Below are positions 1 through 9,205 of a DNA stretch of 64,000 bases, one piece after another. Position 1 is the stretch's first letter, and the number at the start of each line of letters is the position of its first letter. The position numbers and the translations under genes are program-made. This stretch comes from Epithemia pelagica. Lineage: Eukaryota > Protista > Bacillariophyta. Below the pieces are notes generated by a model. The model ran no database searches, was not told the origin of the DNA, and worked only from the letters and a program-made list of their open reading frames with translations. The stretch lies in NCBI GenBank assembly GCA_946965045.2, contig OX337236.1, positions 2,666,001 through 2,730,000 of the forward strand. The letters are read 5' to 3'.

Positions 1-3000
1 AGGAGCATAACATTGCAAGTCCATGCTGTAGCTCAAAATTCCAAATTGCCATCCGTCATGATGTGCGAAAAACGTGATGGTTACAACATTCTCCTTGTAG
101 AACTTGGGTGTCAAATATACTTCCAAATGTAGGATATGATATCCCTCAGGGACGTTCTCTTCCTTGGTAAGACTTGCATGTAAACCATTCGAGTATGTCT
201 TGGGATCGTGGAGATTCGTAATATCCCAAATTTCTTCGTCATTGGAGAAACTAAAACCAATACCTTCGTGTGCGTTAACATTCTTTACAATCAGACTGAA
301 ACGCGCGATCACAAGCTCCGTATAAGCTGGAATATGCACACTCTTGGCCACCATAGTATGGTTCTTCTTCAAAACAGCAACAGGATGAGTTCCCCACATG
401 CCATGGTATGTGTTTACCCATGTATCCACCTCAGCGTCACTATACATCGTACCCGAAGCAAAGGTTGTACCGTCCGAGTTGCTCGACAAGAAATCGTAAC
501 AATCCGGAACCTCCGGGTATGGACATCTGGGAGGGAGGTTACACGGAACTTTGTATGAAAACTTTTTGATCATAGACTTGTCTTTGTTCATGAACTTATC
601 ATGACAAGCTTTATGAATCGAATCGGAATCAAGATAAAGATCTTTGAACGTAATATCCCACGCGTAAATATCAAACTTGGCAAATCCATCTTCGTCACAT
701 TTGGCTGTGTAATTGTCGTGATGACCAAAGCCAACATCCAATCCTCCATCTGCACAAACATATTGATCATCCAAGTCATGGTAATGTGTGAAAAAGGCAC
801 AAAGAGAACCCTCCTTCACATACTGGTGAACTCCTGCCGTAACACTCTGGTTGTTCCAGGCATAAATGGTGATCAAAATGTCCAACGGATAAGCATTGGA
901 ATGCTCAATAACATACTTCGCATCATACGGACACTCTTCGGTAGGAGTGCTGCTCGGAGATGAACTGGGACTAGAGCTCGGCGATGTACTGGGAGAGGAG
1001 CTTGGTGAGCTGCTTGGCGAGGAACTAGGAGATGCGCTAGGTGAGCTGCTGGGTGAGGAACTAGGCGATTCACTTGGCGAGCTACTCGGAGAGGAACTGG
1101 GAGATGTGCTGGGCGAGCTGCTAGGAGCTGAACTGGGAGATGCACTTGGTGATGCACTTGGACTTGCACTTGGCTCTGAGCTCGGCGACGCACTGGGATT
1201 CTCACTGGAATACGATGGCTTCCAGCTTGGAGAGGAACTTGGACTCGAACTTGGTGAACCACTTGGGGAGGCACTTGGAGCTGAACTTGGAGAAGAACTA
1301 GGAGAAGAACTTGGCTCTGAGCTCGGAGACAAACTTGGACTTGAACTTGGTGAAGAACTTGGACTAGCACTCGGAGAAGAACTGGGACTTTCACTCGGAG
1401 ACGAGCTCGGTTCTGAGCTGGGCGACGAGCTGGGAACGGAACTCGGAGAAGCACTTGGACTAGAACTAGGACTCGAACTCGGTGAAGAAGATGGTTCAGC
1501 ACTCGGAGACTCAGATGGACTGGAACTCGGAGAGGCCGAAGGGGACTCAGACGGATGAACACTTGCAGTGATTGTAGGTGTCATCGATGGCGAACTACTT
1601 GGAGACTCTGATGGGTGAACACTTGCAGTGATTGTAGGTGACATCGATGGCGAACTACTTGGACTGGAACTAGGAGATTCACTAGGAGAAGAACTCGGAG
1701 ATGCACTGGGAGAACTGCTCGGAGATGAAGATGGCTCGGAGCTTGGACTACTACTTGGAGATGAACTTGGTGAAGCACTTGGGGACAAACTCGGGGATGA
1801 ACTTGGTTCCGAACTTGGGGATGAACTGGGAGATGCACTCGGCGTCGATGAGGGACTTTCACTTGGACTGTTGCTGGGACTGCTGCTCGGTTCGGAACTC
1901 GCTGTTACTGAAGGAGAAGAGGAAGGCTCGGAACTCGGACTTGAGCTGGGAGAAGAACTCGGGCTTGAGCTCGGCCCTGCACTTGGTGATTCGCTAGGGT
2001 TTTCACTCGGGGAAGAACTGGGGGATGAACTGGGGGTTGAACTTGGTGATTCACTTGGAGATAAACTGGGGGACGAGCTGGGAGAAGAGCTCGGAGAAGA
2101 ACTTGGCGAGTTGCTGGGTGAGGAACTAGGCGATTCACTTGGCGAGCTACTCGGAGTTGAACTGGGAGATGTGCTGGGCGAGCTGCTCGGAGCTGAACTG
2201 GGAGATGCACTTGGTGATGCACTTGGACTAGCACTTGGCTCTGTGCTCGGCGACGCACTAGGATTCTCACTGGAATACGATGGCTTCCAGCTTGGAGAGG
2301 AACTTGGACTCGAACTTGGTGAACCACTTGGGGAGGCACTTGGAGCTGAACTTGGAGAAGAACTAGGAGAAGAACTTGGCTCTGAGCTCGGAGACAAACT
2401 TGGACTTGAACTTGGTGGAGAACTTGGACTAGCACTCGGAGAAGAACTGGGACTTTCACTCGGAGACGAGCTCGGTTCTGAGCTGGGCGACGAGCTGGGA
2501 ACGGAACTCGGAGAAGCACTTGGACTAGAACTAGGACTCGAACTCGGTGAAGAAGATGGTTCAGCACTCGGAGACTCAGATGGACTGGAACTCGGAGAGG
2601 CCGAAGGGGACTCAGACGGATGAACACTTGCAGTGATTGTAGGTGACATCGATGGCGAACTACTTGGAGACTCTGATGGATGAACACTTGCAGTGATTGT
2701 AGGTGACATCGATGGCGAACTACTTGGACTGGAACTTGGAGATTCACTAGGAGAAGAACTCGGAGATGCACTGGGGGAACTGCTCGGAGATGAAGATGGC
2801 TCGGAGCTTGGACTACTACTTGGAGATGAACTTGGTGAAGCACTTGGGGACAAACTCGGGGATGAACTTGGTTCCGAACTTGGGGATGAACTGGGAGATG
2901 CACTCGGCGTCGATGAGGGACTTTCACTTGGACTGTTGCTGGGACTGCTGCTCGGTTCGGAACTCGCTGTTACTGAAGGAGAAGAGGAAGGCTCGGAACT

Positions 3001-6000
3001 CGGACTTGAGCTGGGAGAAGAACTCGGGCTTGAGCTCGGCCCTGCACTTGGTGATTCGCTAGGGTTTTCACTCGGATAAGAACTGGGGGATGAACTGGGG
3101 GTTGAACTTGGTGATTCACTTGGAGATAAACTGGGGGACGAGCTGGGAGAAGAGCTCGGAGAAGAACTTGGCGAGTTGCTGGGTGAGGAACTAGGCGATT
3201 CACTTGGCGAGCTACTCGGAGTTGAACTGGGAGATGTGCTGGGCGAGCTGCTCGGAGCTGAACTGGGAGATGCACTTGGTGATGCACTTGGACTAGCACT
3301 TGGCTCTGAGCTCGGCGACGCACTAGGATTCTCACTGGAATACGATGGCTTCCAGCTTGGAGAGGAACTTGGACTCGAACTTGGTGAACCACTTGGGGAG
3401 GCACTTGGAGCTGAACTTGGAGAAGAACTTGGAGAAGAACTTGGAGAAGAACTTGGCTCTGAGCTCGGAGACAAACTTGGTCTTGCACTTGGTGAAGAAC
3501 TTGGACTAGCACTCGGAGAAGAACTGGGACTTTCACTCGGAGACGAGCTCGGTTCTGAGCTGGGCGACGAGCTGGGAACGGAACTCGGAGAAGCATTTGG
3601 ACTAGAACTAGGACTCGAACTCGGTGAAGAAGATGGTTCAGCACTCGGAGACCCAGATGGACTGGAACTCGGAGAGGCCGAAGGGGACTCAGACGGATGA
3701 ACACTTGCAGTGATTGTAGGTGACATCGATGGCGAACTACTTGGAGACTCTGATGGATGAACACTTGCAGTGATTGTAGGTGACATCGATGGCGAACTAC
3801 TTGGACTGGAACTTGGAGATTCACTAGGAAAAGAACTCGGAGACTCGCTTGGTGATTCTGACGGCGAAGCACTAGGCGAGGATGAGGGACTTTCACTTGG
3901 ACTATCGCTGGGACTGCTGCTGGGCTCCGAACTCGCTGTAATAGATGGAACAGATGAAGGCTCTTCACTTGGGGACTCGCTAGGGTTACCACTAGGGGAA
4001 GAACTTGGAGATGAACTTGGGGAGCTGCTAGGAGAAGAACTCGGAGATGAACTTGGCGAGTTGCTTGGCCAGGAACTAGGGGAAGCACTTGGCAAGCTGC
4101 TCGGCGAGGAACTCGGTGCATTACTGGGGGACACACTGGGACTAGTACTTGGCTCTGGGCTTGGTAAGGAGCTCGGATTTTCACTGGAATACGACGGTTT
4201 CCAGCTCGGTGATGAACTGGGGGACGAGCTGGGAACAGCACTCGGAGAAGAACTTGGGTTGGAACTTGGCGTGGAACTGGGAGAAGAGCTTGGACTCGAA
4301 CTTGGCGATGAACTGGGAGACGAACTTGGACTCGCACTTGGTGAATCACTTGGACTCGAACTTGGGCTGTCACTGGGGCTAGAACTAGGCGATGAACTTG
4401 GCGAAGAACTTGGTGTTGCGCTTGGAGATGAACTTGGGGATGCAGAAGGCTCCGCACTTGGTGACCCTGACGGATTTGCGCTTGGCTGGGAAGAAGGTGA
4501 TTCCGAGGGATGAACGCTTTGAGTGATGGTAGGTTGGTTTGATGGCGAACTACTAGGTGACTCCGATGGATGGACGCTCCGAGTAATAGATGGAGGGGTC
4601 GACGGCATCTCACTGGGGCTGGAACTGGGCTCGGCGCTGGGAGACGACGAAGGATTAGAACTGGGACTGCTGCTGGGAGAGTTCGACGGTGATTCACTAG
4701 GGCTGCTACTCGGGGAACTACTTGGAGAAGAACTTGGACTCGTAGACGGCATCGAGCTTGGACTAGCACTTGGAATGGCACTCGGAGATGAGCTCGGACT
4801 CGAACTCGGATTGGCACTGGGGGAAGCACTTGGACTGCTCGACGGATTTTCACTCGATGCACTGGGTTTATTACTGGGCATTGAACTTGGCTCGGTACTT
4901 GGTTGCGCACTCGGAGATGAGCTAGGACTCTCACTTGGTGAAGAACTAGGGCTTTCGCTAGGAGATTCACTGGGCGATGCACTGGGACTGCTGCTTGGAT
5001 TGCTGCTGGGGGGAGAGCTTGGAGAACTACTAGGGGACCCACTCGGGCTGGAACTGGGGTCGTTACTTGGAGCACTGCTTGGCACTGAACTCGGACTCGA
5101 GCTCGGCGAAGAGCTAGGAGATTCGCTTGAATAGGACGGTTTCCAGCTCGGACTTGAGCTCGGAGATGAGCTCGGAGATTCACTTGGACTCGAACTAGGC
5201 ATGGCGCTCGGTTCGGCACTGGGCTCAGAACTAGGCGACACACTCGGTTCAGCACTGGGCTCAGAACTAGGCGACACGCTTGGAACGGAACTTGGACTGT
5301 CGCTGGGCGAGCTGCTCGGGAGACTTGATGGTTTGGAACTGGGATCCATGCTTGGGGATGTACTCGGCGATGAACTGGGCGAAGAGCTCGGGACACTGCT
5401 TGGGTGTCCACTCGCCACCACAGTCGGGGATTCGCTGGGGACAGACGACGAACAAATCACGGAAATGGTAACACGATCCAATCCAATCTTTCCATGAACC
5501 ACTGCTAGCGCAAAATTCAAAAGATCACCTTCGTCCGTTGGAAGAGTTGCAGTGAACTGACGACTAACTTGCTTTGTGTCACTGTTCACGGTGGCTTCGG
5601 AAATGTGCAAATCAACGCCATTACTTGTCGCGGCACGTCCATTGGCATAAACTTTGAACAAGCTGCTCGTGCCCAGGTACATAAAAATAGTCCGGGGACG
5701 ATGGTCCATGTATTCAAAGATAGTGAACGAAATCGTTGCATGATGAGAGCCTGCGGGAAGCTGGAAGAGTTTGTACAAATGACCATGAGTACCTGTGGTC
5801 TGCATCACGGTATTGCCTTGCGGGCCCATATAGGCCGCAACACCACCCTTATACAAATCATGAGGTCCCAAATCTTGCATGTCATCATGGATGACGACAG
5901 TGCCATCTGAATAGTCCAAACAATCAGACGGTTCTGTCAAAGGAGGACAACGGTCAGGCAGAGAACAAGGGATGATGTAGTCGTACTGATGAATCTGCTT

Positions 6001-7110
6001 GTCGTGATTGGGAAGGTGTCCTTCGTTTTTTTCAATGCACTTGGGGTCCGGCATCTCAATATAGTAGTCTTCGAAGGTAATATCGTGGAAGTACAGAGTC
6101 ACATTTGCATAGCCGTCCACACAGACGGCCTCATAGTCTCCGACCAATCCATATCCCACGTATTTCGCACCAGGACATACATATGTTTCCGTGTCAGCGT
6201 CCTTGTATAAGACGCCAACAGCGCAAACAGATGTTTTCTTCAGGAATTGAAATACAGCGAAACGGACAGTTGAATTCTTAAATTCCAACGGCTTCAGGTA
6301 GTGATTGTCCGCTTCCCAATCGGGATGCGAAAACACAAGGTCAGCTTCGTATGGGCACTCCTCCGTCGGTGATCCACTCGGGGATGAACTAGGACTTTCT
6401 GACGGTGAAGCAGAGGGTCCCATGCTGGGGTCCGAACTGGGGAGGGAGCTGGGTGGAGAACTGGGATCACTACTAGGTTGCGAGCTGGGGGAGGCGGACG
6501 GTGTGGAACTCGGAGCGGCACTCGGATTCTCGGAAGGAGAGGAACTCGGAGAAGCACTCTCAGTCGTTGTTGGGGCCATGCTCGGGGACACCGACGGAGA
6601 GGAACTCGGAGAAGCACTGGGAACAGAACTGGGGGATGAACTGGGACCGCTACTAGGCGTCTCGCTCGGACTGGAACTAGGAGAGGAGCTGGGAGAAGCG
6701 CTGGGAGAGGCACTGGATGTAATACTTGGGGGAATACTGGGAGATGAACTAGGAGATGAACTCGGGGAGGCACTGGGCGTAGAACTGGGAGAGGTACTGG
6801 GAGATGCACTGGGGGAGGAACTCGGTTGGGCACTGGGTTGAGCACTGGGTTGAGCACTGGGTTGAGAACTGGGTTGAGAACTGGGACCTGACGTAGGAGG
6901 ACTGGAAGGTGTCGAACTGGGCTCGGACGATGTATCGAAATGCAACATTTCAGGCTCTTCCTTAAAACAGGTAAAGTTGGTAATCGTCCTATTCACCTCG
7001 TCCTCAGGAGGATGCCATGCCACATCCGATCCGACATGATGATCTGCATGACCCGCAGCCGCAGCCGCCCCGCCCAAACTCATGAGAATGGCGGCGGCAA
7101 CCTTCAACAT
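1..7110 (-). CDS. Giant secreted Ser/Pro-rich mucin-like protein, paralog 1 (5' part; 3' end lies beyond the left edge of the window)
   Basis: ATG at 7110-7108 gives MLKVAAAILMSLGGAAAAAGHADHHVGSDVAWHPPEDEVNRTITNF, nearly identical to the N-terminus of the 4690-aa ORF. 7110 is divisible by 3 and positions 1-18 read LQCYAP in the same frame, so about 2370 codons appear open. It is absent from the ORF track, probably because there is no stop in the window. Internal frame continuity was checked at the ends and by homology, not codon by codon. Confidence 0.9.
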   Translation of the reverse strand, partial: MLKVAAAILMSLGGAAAAAGHADHHVGSDVAWHPPEDEVNRTITNFTCFKEEPEMLHFDTSSEPSSTPSSPPTSGPSSQPSSQPSAQPSAQPSAQPSSSPSASPSTSPSSTPSASPSSSPSSSPSIPPSITSSASPSASPSSSPSSSPSETPSSGPSSSPSSVPSASPSSSPSVSPSMAPTTTESASPSSSPSENPSAAPSSTPSASPSSQPSSDPSSPPSSLPSSDPSMGPSASPSESPSSSPSGSPTEECPYEADLVFSHPDWEADNHYLKPLEFKNSTVRFAVFQFLKKTSVCAVGVLYKDADTETYVCPGAKYVGYGLVGDYEAVCVDGYANVTLYFHDITFEDYYIEMPDPKCIEKNEGHLPNHDKQIHQYDYIIPCSLPDRCPPLTEPSDCLDYSDGTVVIHDDMQDLGPHDLYKGGVAAYMGPQGNTVMQTTGTHGHLYKLFQLPAGSHHATISFTIFEYMDHRPRTIFMYLGTSSLFKVYANGRAATSNGVDLHISEATVNSDTKQVSRQFTATLPTDEGDLLNFALAVVHGKIGLDRVTISVICSSSVPSESPTVVASGHPSSVPSSSPSSSPSTSPSMDPSSKPSSLPSSSPSDSPSSVPSVSPSSEPSAEPSVSPSSEPSAEPSAMPSSSPSESPSSSPSSSPSWKPSYSSESPSSSPSSSPSSVPSSAPSNDPSSSPSGSPSSSPSSPPSSNPSSSPSASPSESPSESPSSSPSESPSSSPSAQPSTEPSSMPSNKPSASSENPSSSPSASPSANPSSSPSSSPSAIPSASPSSMPSTSPSSSPSSSPSSSPSESPSNSPSSSPSSNPSSSPSAEPSSSPSEMPSTPPSITRSVHPSESPSSSPSNQPTITQSVHPSESPSSQPSANPSGSPSAEPSASPSSSPSATPSSSPSSSPSSSPSDSPSSSPSDSPSASPSSSPSSSPSSSPSSSPSSTPSSNPSSSPSAVPSSSPSSSPSWKPSYSSENPSSLPSPEPSTSPSVSPSNAPSSSPSSLPSASPSSWPSNSPSSSPSSSPSSSPSSSPSSSPSGNPSESPSEEPSSVPSITASSEPSSSPSDSPSESPSSSPSASPSESPSESPSSFPSESPSSSPSSSPSMSPTITASVHPSESPSSSPSMSPTITASVHPSESPSASPSSSPSGSPSAEPSSSPSSSPSSSPNASPSSVPSSSPSSEPSSSPSESPSSSPSASPSSSPSARPSLSPSSEPSSSPSSSPSSSPSSAPSASPSGSPSSSPSSSPSWKPSYSSENPSASPSSEPSASPSASPSASPSSAPSSSPSTSPSSTPSSSPSESPSSSPSNSPSSSPSSSPSSSPSLSPSESPSSTPSSSPSSYPSENPSESPSAGPSSSPSSSPSSSPSSEPSSSPSVTASSEPSSSPSNSPSESPSSTPSASPSSSPSSEPSSSPSLSPSASPSSSPSSSPSSEPSSSPSSSPSASPSSSPSESPSSSPSSSPSMSPTITASVHPSESPSSSPSMSPTITASVHPSESPSASPSSSPSESPSAEPSSSPSSSPSSSPSASPSSVPSSSPSSEPSSSPSESPSSSPSASPSSPPSSSPSLSPSSEPSSSPSSSPSSAPSASPSGSPSSSPSSSPSWKPSYSSENPSASPSTEPSASPSASPSASPSSAPSSSPSTSPSSTPSSSPSESPSSSPSNSPSSSPSSSPSSSPSLSPSESPSSTPSSSPSSSPSENPSESPSAGPSSSPSSSPSSSPSSEPSSSPSVTASSEPSSSPSNSPSESPSSTPSASPSSSPSSEPSSSPSLSPSASPSSSPSSSPSSEPSSSPSSSPSASPSSSPSESPSSSPSSSPSMSPTITASVHPSESPSSSPSMTPTITASVHPSESPSASPSSSPSESPSAEPSSSPSSSPSSSPSASPSSVPSSSPSSEPSSSPSESPSSSPSASPSSSPSSSPSLSPSSEPSSSPSSSPSSAPSASPSGSPSSSPSSSPSWKPSYSSENPSASPSSEPSASPSASPSASPSSAPSSSPSTSPSSSPSSSPSESPSSSPSSSPSASPSSSPSSSPSSSPSTSPSSSPSSSPSSTPTEECPYDAKYVIEHSNAYPLDILITIYAWNNQSVTAGVHQYVKEGSLCAFFTHYHDLDDQYVCADGGLDVGFGHHDNYTAKCDEDGFAKFDIYAWDITFKDLYLDSDSIHKACHDKFMNKDKSMIKKFSYKVPCNLPPRCPYPEVPDCYDFLSSNSDGTTFASGTMYSDAEVDTWVNTYHGMWGTHPVAVLKKNHTMVAKSVHIPAYTELVIARFSLIVKNVNAHEGIGFSFSNDEEIWDITNLHDPKTYSNGLHASLTKEENVPEGYHILHLEVYLTPKFYKENVVTITFFAHHDGWQFGILSYSMDLQCYAP
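896..3700 (-). repeat. About 1065-bp higher-order tandem repeat (roughly 3 units) of the SPSS-coding linker inside paralog 1
   Basis: Identical antisense ORFs recur at a fixed offset: 1628/2693, 1701/2766 and ends 1558/2623 (offset 1065), then 3700 (offset 1077, a 12-bp insertion). Confidence 0.9.
4200..7110 (-). repeat. Segmental duplication: 5' part of paralog 1 matches 5' part of paralog 2 (about 20440-23278)
   Basis: Identical or near-identical shadow ORFs at offset 16192 (4523/20715, 5201/21393) and 16168 (6940/23108). Confidence 0.95.
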
Positions 7111-8040
7111 GATACTTTTTTTATTTTTTTGTTTTTTAGGTATATCGATTATCTTGTTGCGCGATCGTTAACTTGGTTGTTCTCTCTTACTTTGGACTCT
7201 CTTTTCTTGCAAAGCAAACACCAATGAATTGGGCCACTTGCAAGGCAAAAGAATGGAAACAAATCGTTACTTTTTCGTTCGTCCTTGGCCGCTGTTGTTT
7301 GGACATTTTGTTTGATATTGTACACTATATAGCACAAAGTCATGATCGGATGTCTGGAGGAGATTTCTGAATGGGAAATGTTTCGAATACAGTGAATATG
7401 ACATATTGTAAACGAATATTTTTATTCATGTACACCTCTGTCGTCAGCAACAACAGCGTCAGTACGAGTATCTACACACAGAATTGAAGTACTTTCGCAA
7501 AAACTCAGAGAATTCGCAGTACCACTACGACACATCGGAAATTTCCATATCCATATGTCTCATATTTTTGTATTTTCAATACGTAATATATAATCTCGAG
7601 CTTTAAGTTAGGATGACCCTTCTTTCAAGCTTTAAGGACTTTGAACATGATTATGAACTTTTAATTTCAAATTTATCTTTTGGCAACACCGGGATACGAG
7701 ATACGAGTACCCATATATAGAGATATTCAGTCCCGCCAAATCACTCCGGCTGTCCTCCAAGTTTCTTATGAATTTTGAAAGGGGATTATCCAAACTTTGA
7801 GTTACGAGTATCGTCGTCCTGCTTCCATGGTGGCTGCTGGCTGTCGGAAGTTCGCTTTGATTATTTAAGCCTTCAGGTCATTGTGCCATCTTTTCTATGA
7901 TTATGGTCTATTCGTATTCTGTCGGGGGCACTATAAGCACTCGGGAAGAATGACCATTGCTAGAGTCTACGATTATTAGTAGGTTTATCGATCGAGAAGT
8001 ATACACGTTCCCAATCTACCCTGGACATTATCTATTTCTT

Positions 8041-8061
8041 AAATGTCGGTCACCGACATTT
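8041..8061. other. Perfect 21-bp palindrome/hairpin AAATGTCGGT-C-ACCGACATTT in the intergenic spacer
   Basis: 10-bp arms are exact reverse complements around a 1-nt centre. Confidence 0.75.
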
Positions 8062-9205
8062 TCGTCATCGGAGAGTGACTTTCGTACTGGAAGCGGGTTG
8101 GGTGTGTTGACTGGCAAGAAATAATATAGACAAAATAGTACGAACGGAAGAGAGAGGTTCGGGTCGGGGGCCAGCACAGATTTCAGACTATCAAGAAAGG
8201 ACATTATGGATTCCGGCCGTAAAAGCCCCTCCCCCCGAAGAGCAATGGAGGCTCCTCGTCGTCATGAAAAACAAGACGCTGGAACATGAGATAGTTCCAG
8301 CGAGATCAACCGCGCCTTTTACCCGTCCCGTCGGAAGAGGAGAGGCGGAAAAGGTTCCTGACTCCGGATTCTTGACTCCGGACTCCGTTTTTGGCTGTAA
8401 CGATTGAGGTGTCGATATCAAGCTGTAATGTGACCGCTCTATGATCTACCGTGATGCTCCCCGATCCCCGTTGTTCGGCCGCGGTCGTGAGCTTTGTATC
8501 ATTTAGAAAGTGGCGCACTCGAATAGAAAGTCCATTGTAAGGCGAACCGTAAGTCGCCACGTTGGGGTTGCTGTCGGTGAAAGCAAAGGAAAAGGGAACC
8601 TGAGGTATATGGATTTCCATTGCATAGGGAACGCTTCCTGTTCACTCTAGCCATTTTGATACTTTTATCCGCGTCATATTAAATCTTTATTGCAACCATG
8701 CTGATACCATGTTTCCTGTGTTCATGAGTTTCTCCTTTTGTTATGTACACCTTGTCAGGAATGCCCAATAAGAAAAAACAAGAGTTCGAAAAGACCATGA
8801 GCGAACGTTGTCATCGTGAATGCGTGTTGTCGAGAACAGTTTGCCATAGCATGCCATGTCTTACCGTACATGGCGCCGCGGCAAAGGCAGCGTCAGTTTC
8901 TTCCAGAAGTACATAGTATTCTATGTTGAGAGAAGTGGACAACACAACTTGTTTTATTATATTGTTAGTTTTTCTGAGAATGAAATGTTGGCATCTTTTA
9001 TGCGGTGTATTGGGTCGTTTCTGCTTGTGTAGTGGTTTGTGTTTATTTCGGTTTTCTTTTTGTTTTGAATTTTGATTTGGAATTGTGTTACGTTTCGTAT
9101 TTCGTTTCGTAGTTGTTGTTGGTTGTCATTGTTGTATAATGAGTCTTTTCTTTTCTTGTTGGGAGACGTTGTTGTTTATCATTTCAAGTTGTTGCGTTGG
9201 GTTCC

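Noticed and set aside
896-5500. Regular short-period repeats that could be mistaken for a CRISPR array or satellite
   Set aside because: The periodicity is a 12-nt coding repeat inside a long ORF; there are no unique spacers and no cas genes.
8191-8620. Short ORFs in the inter-paralog spacer
   Set aside because: About 100 aa or less, no recognisable motif, no splice-supported extension.
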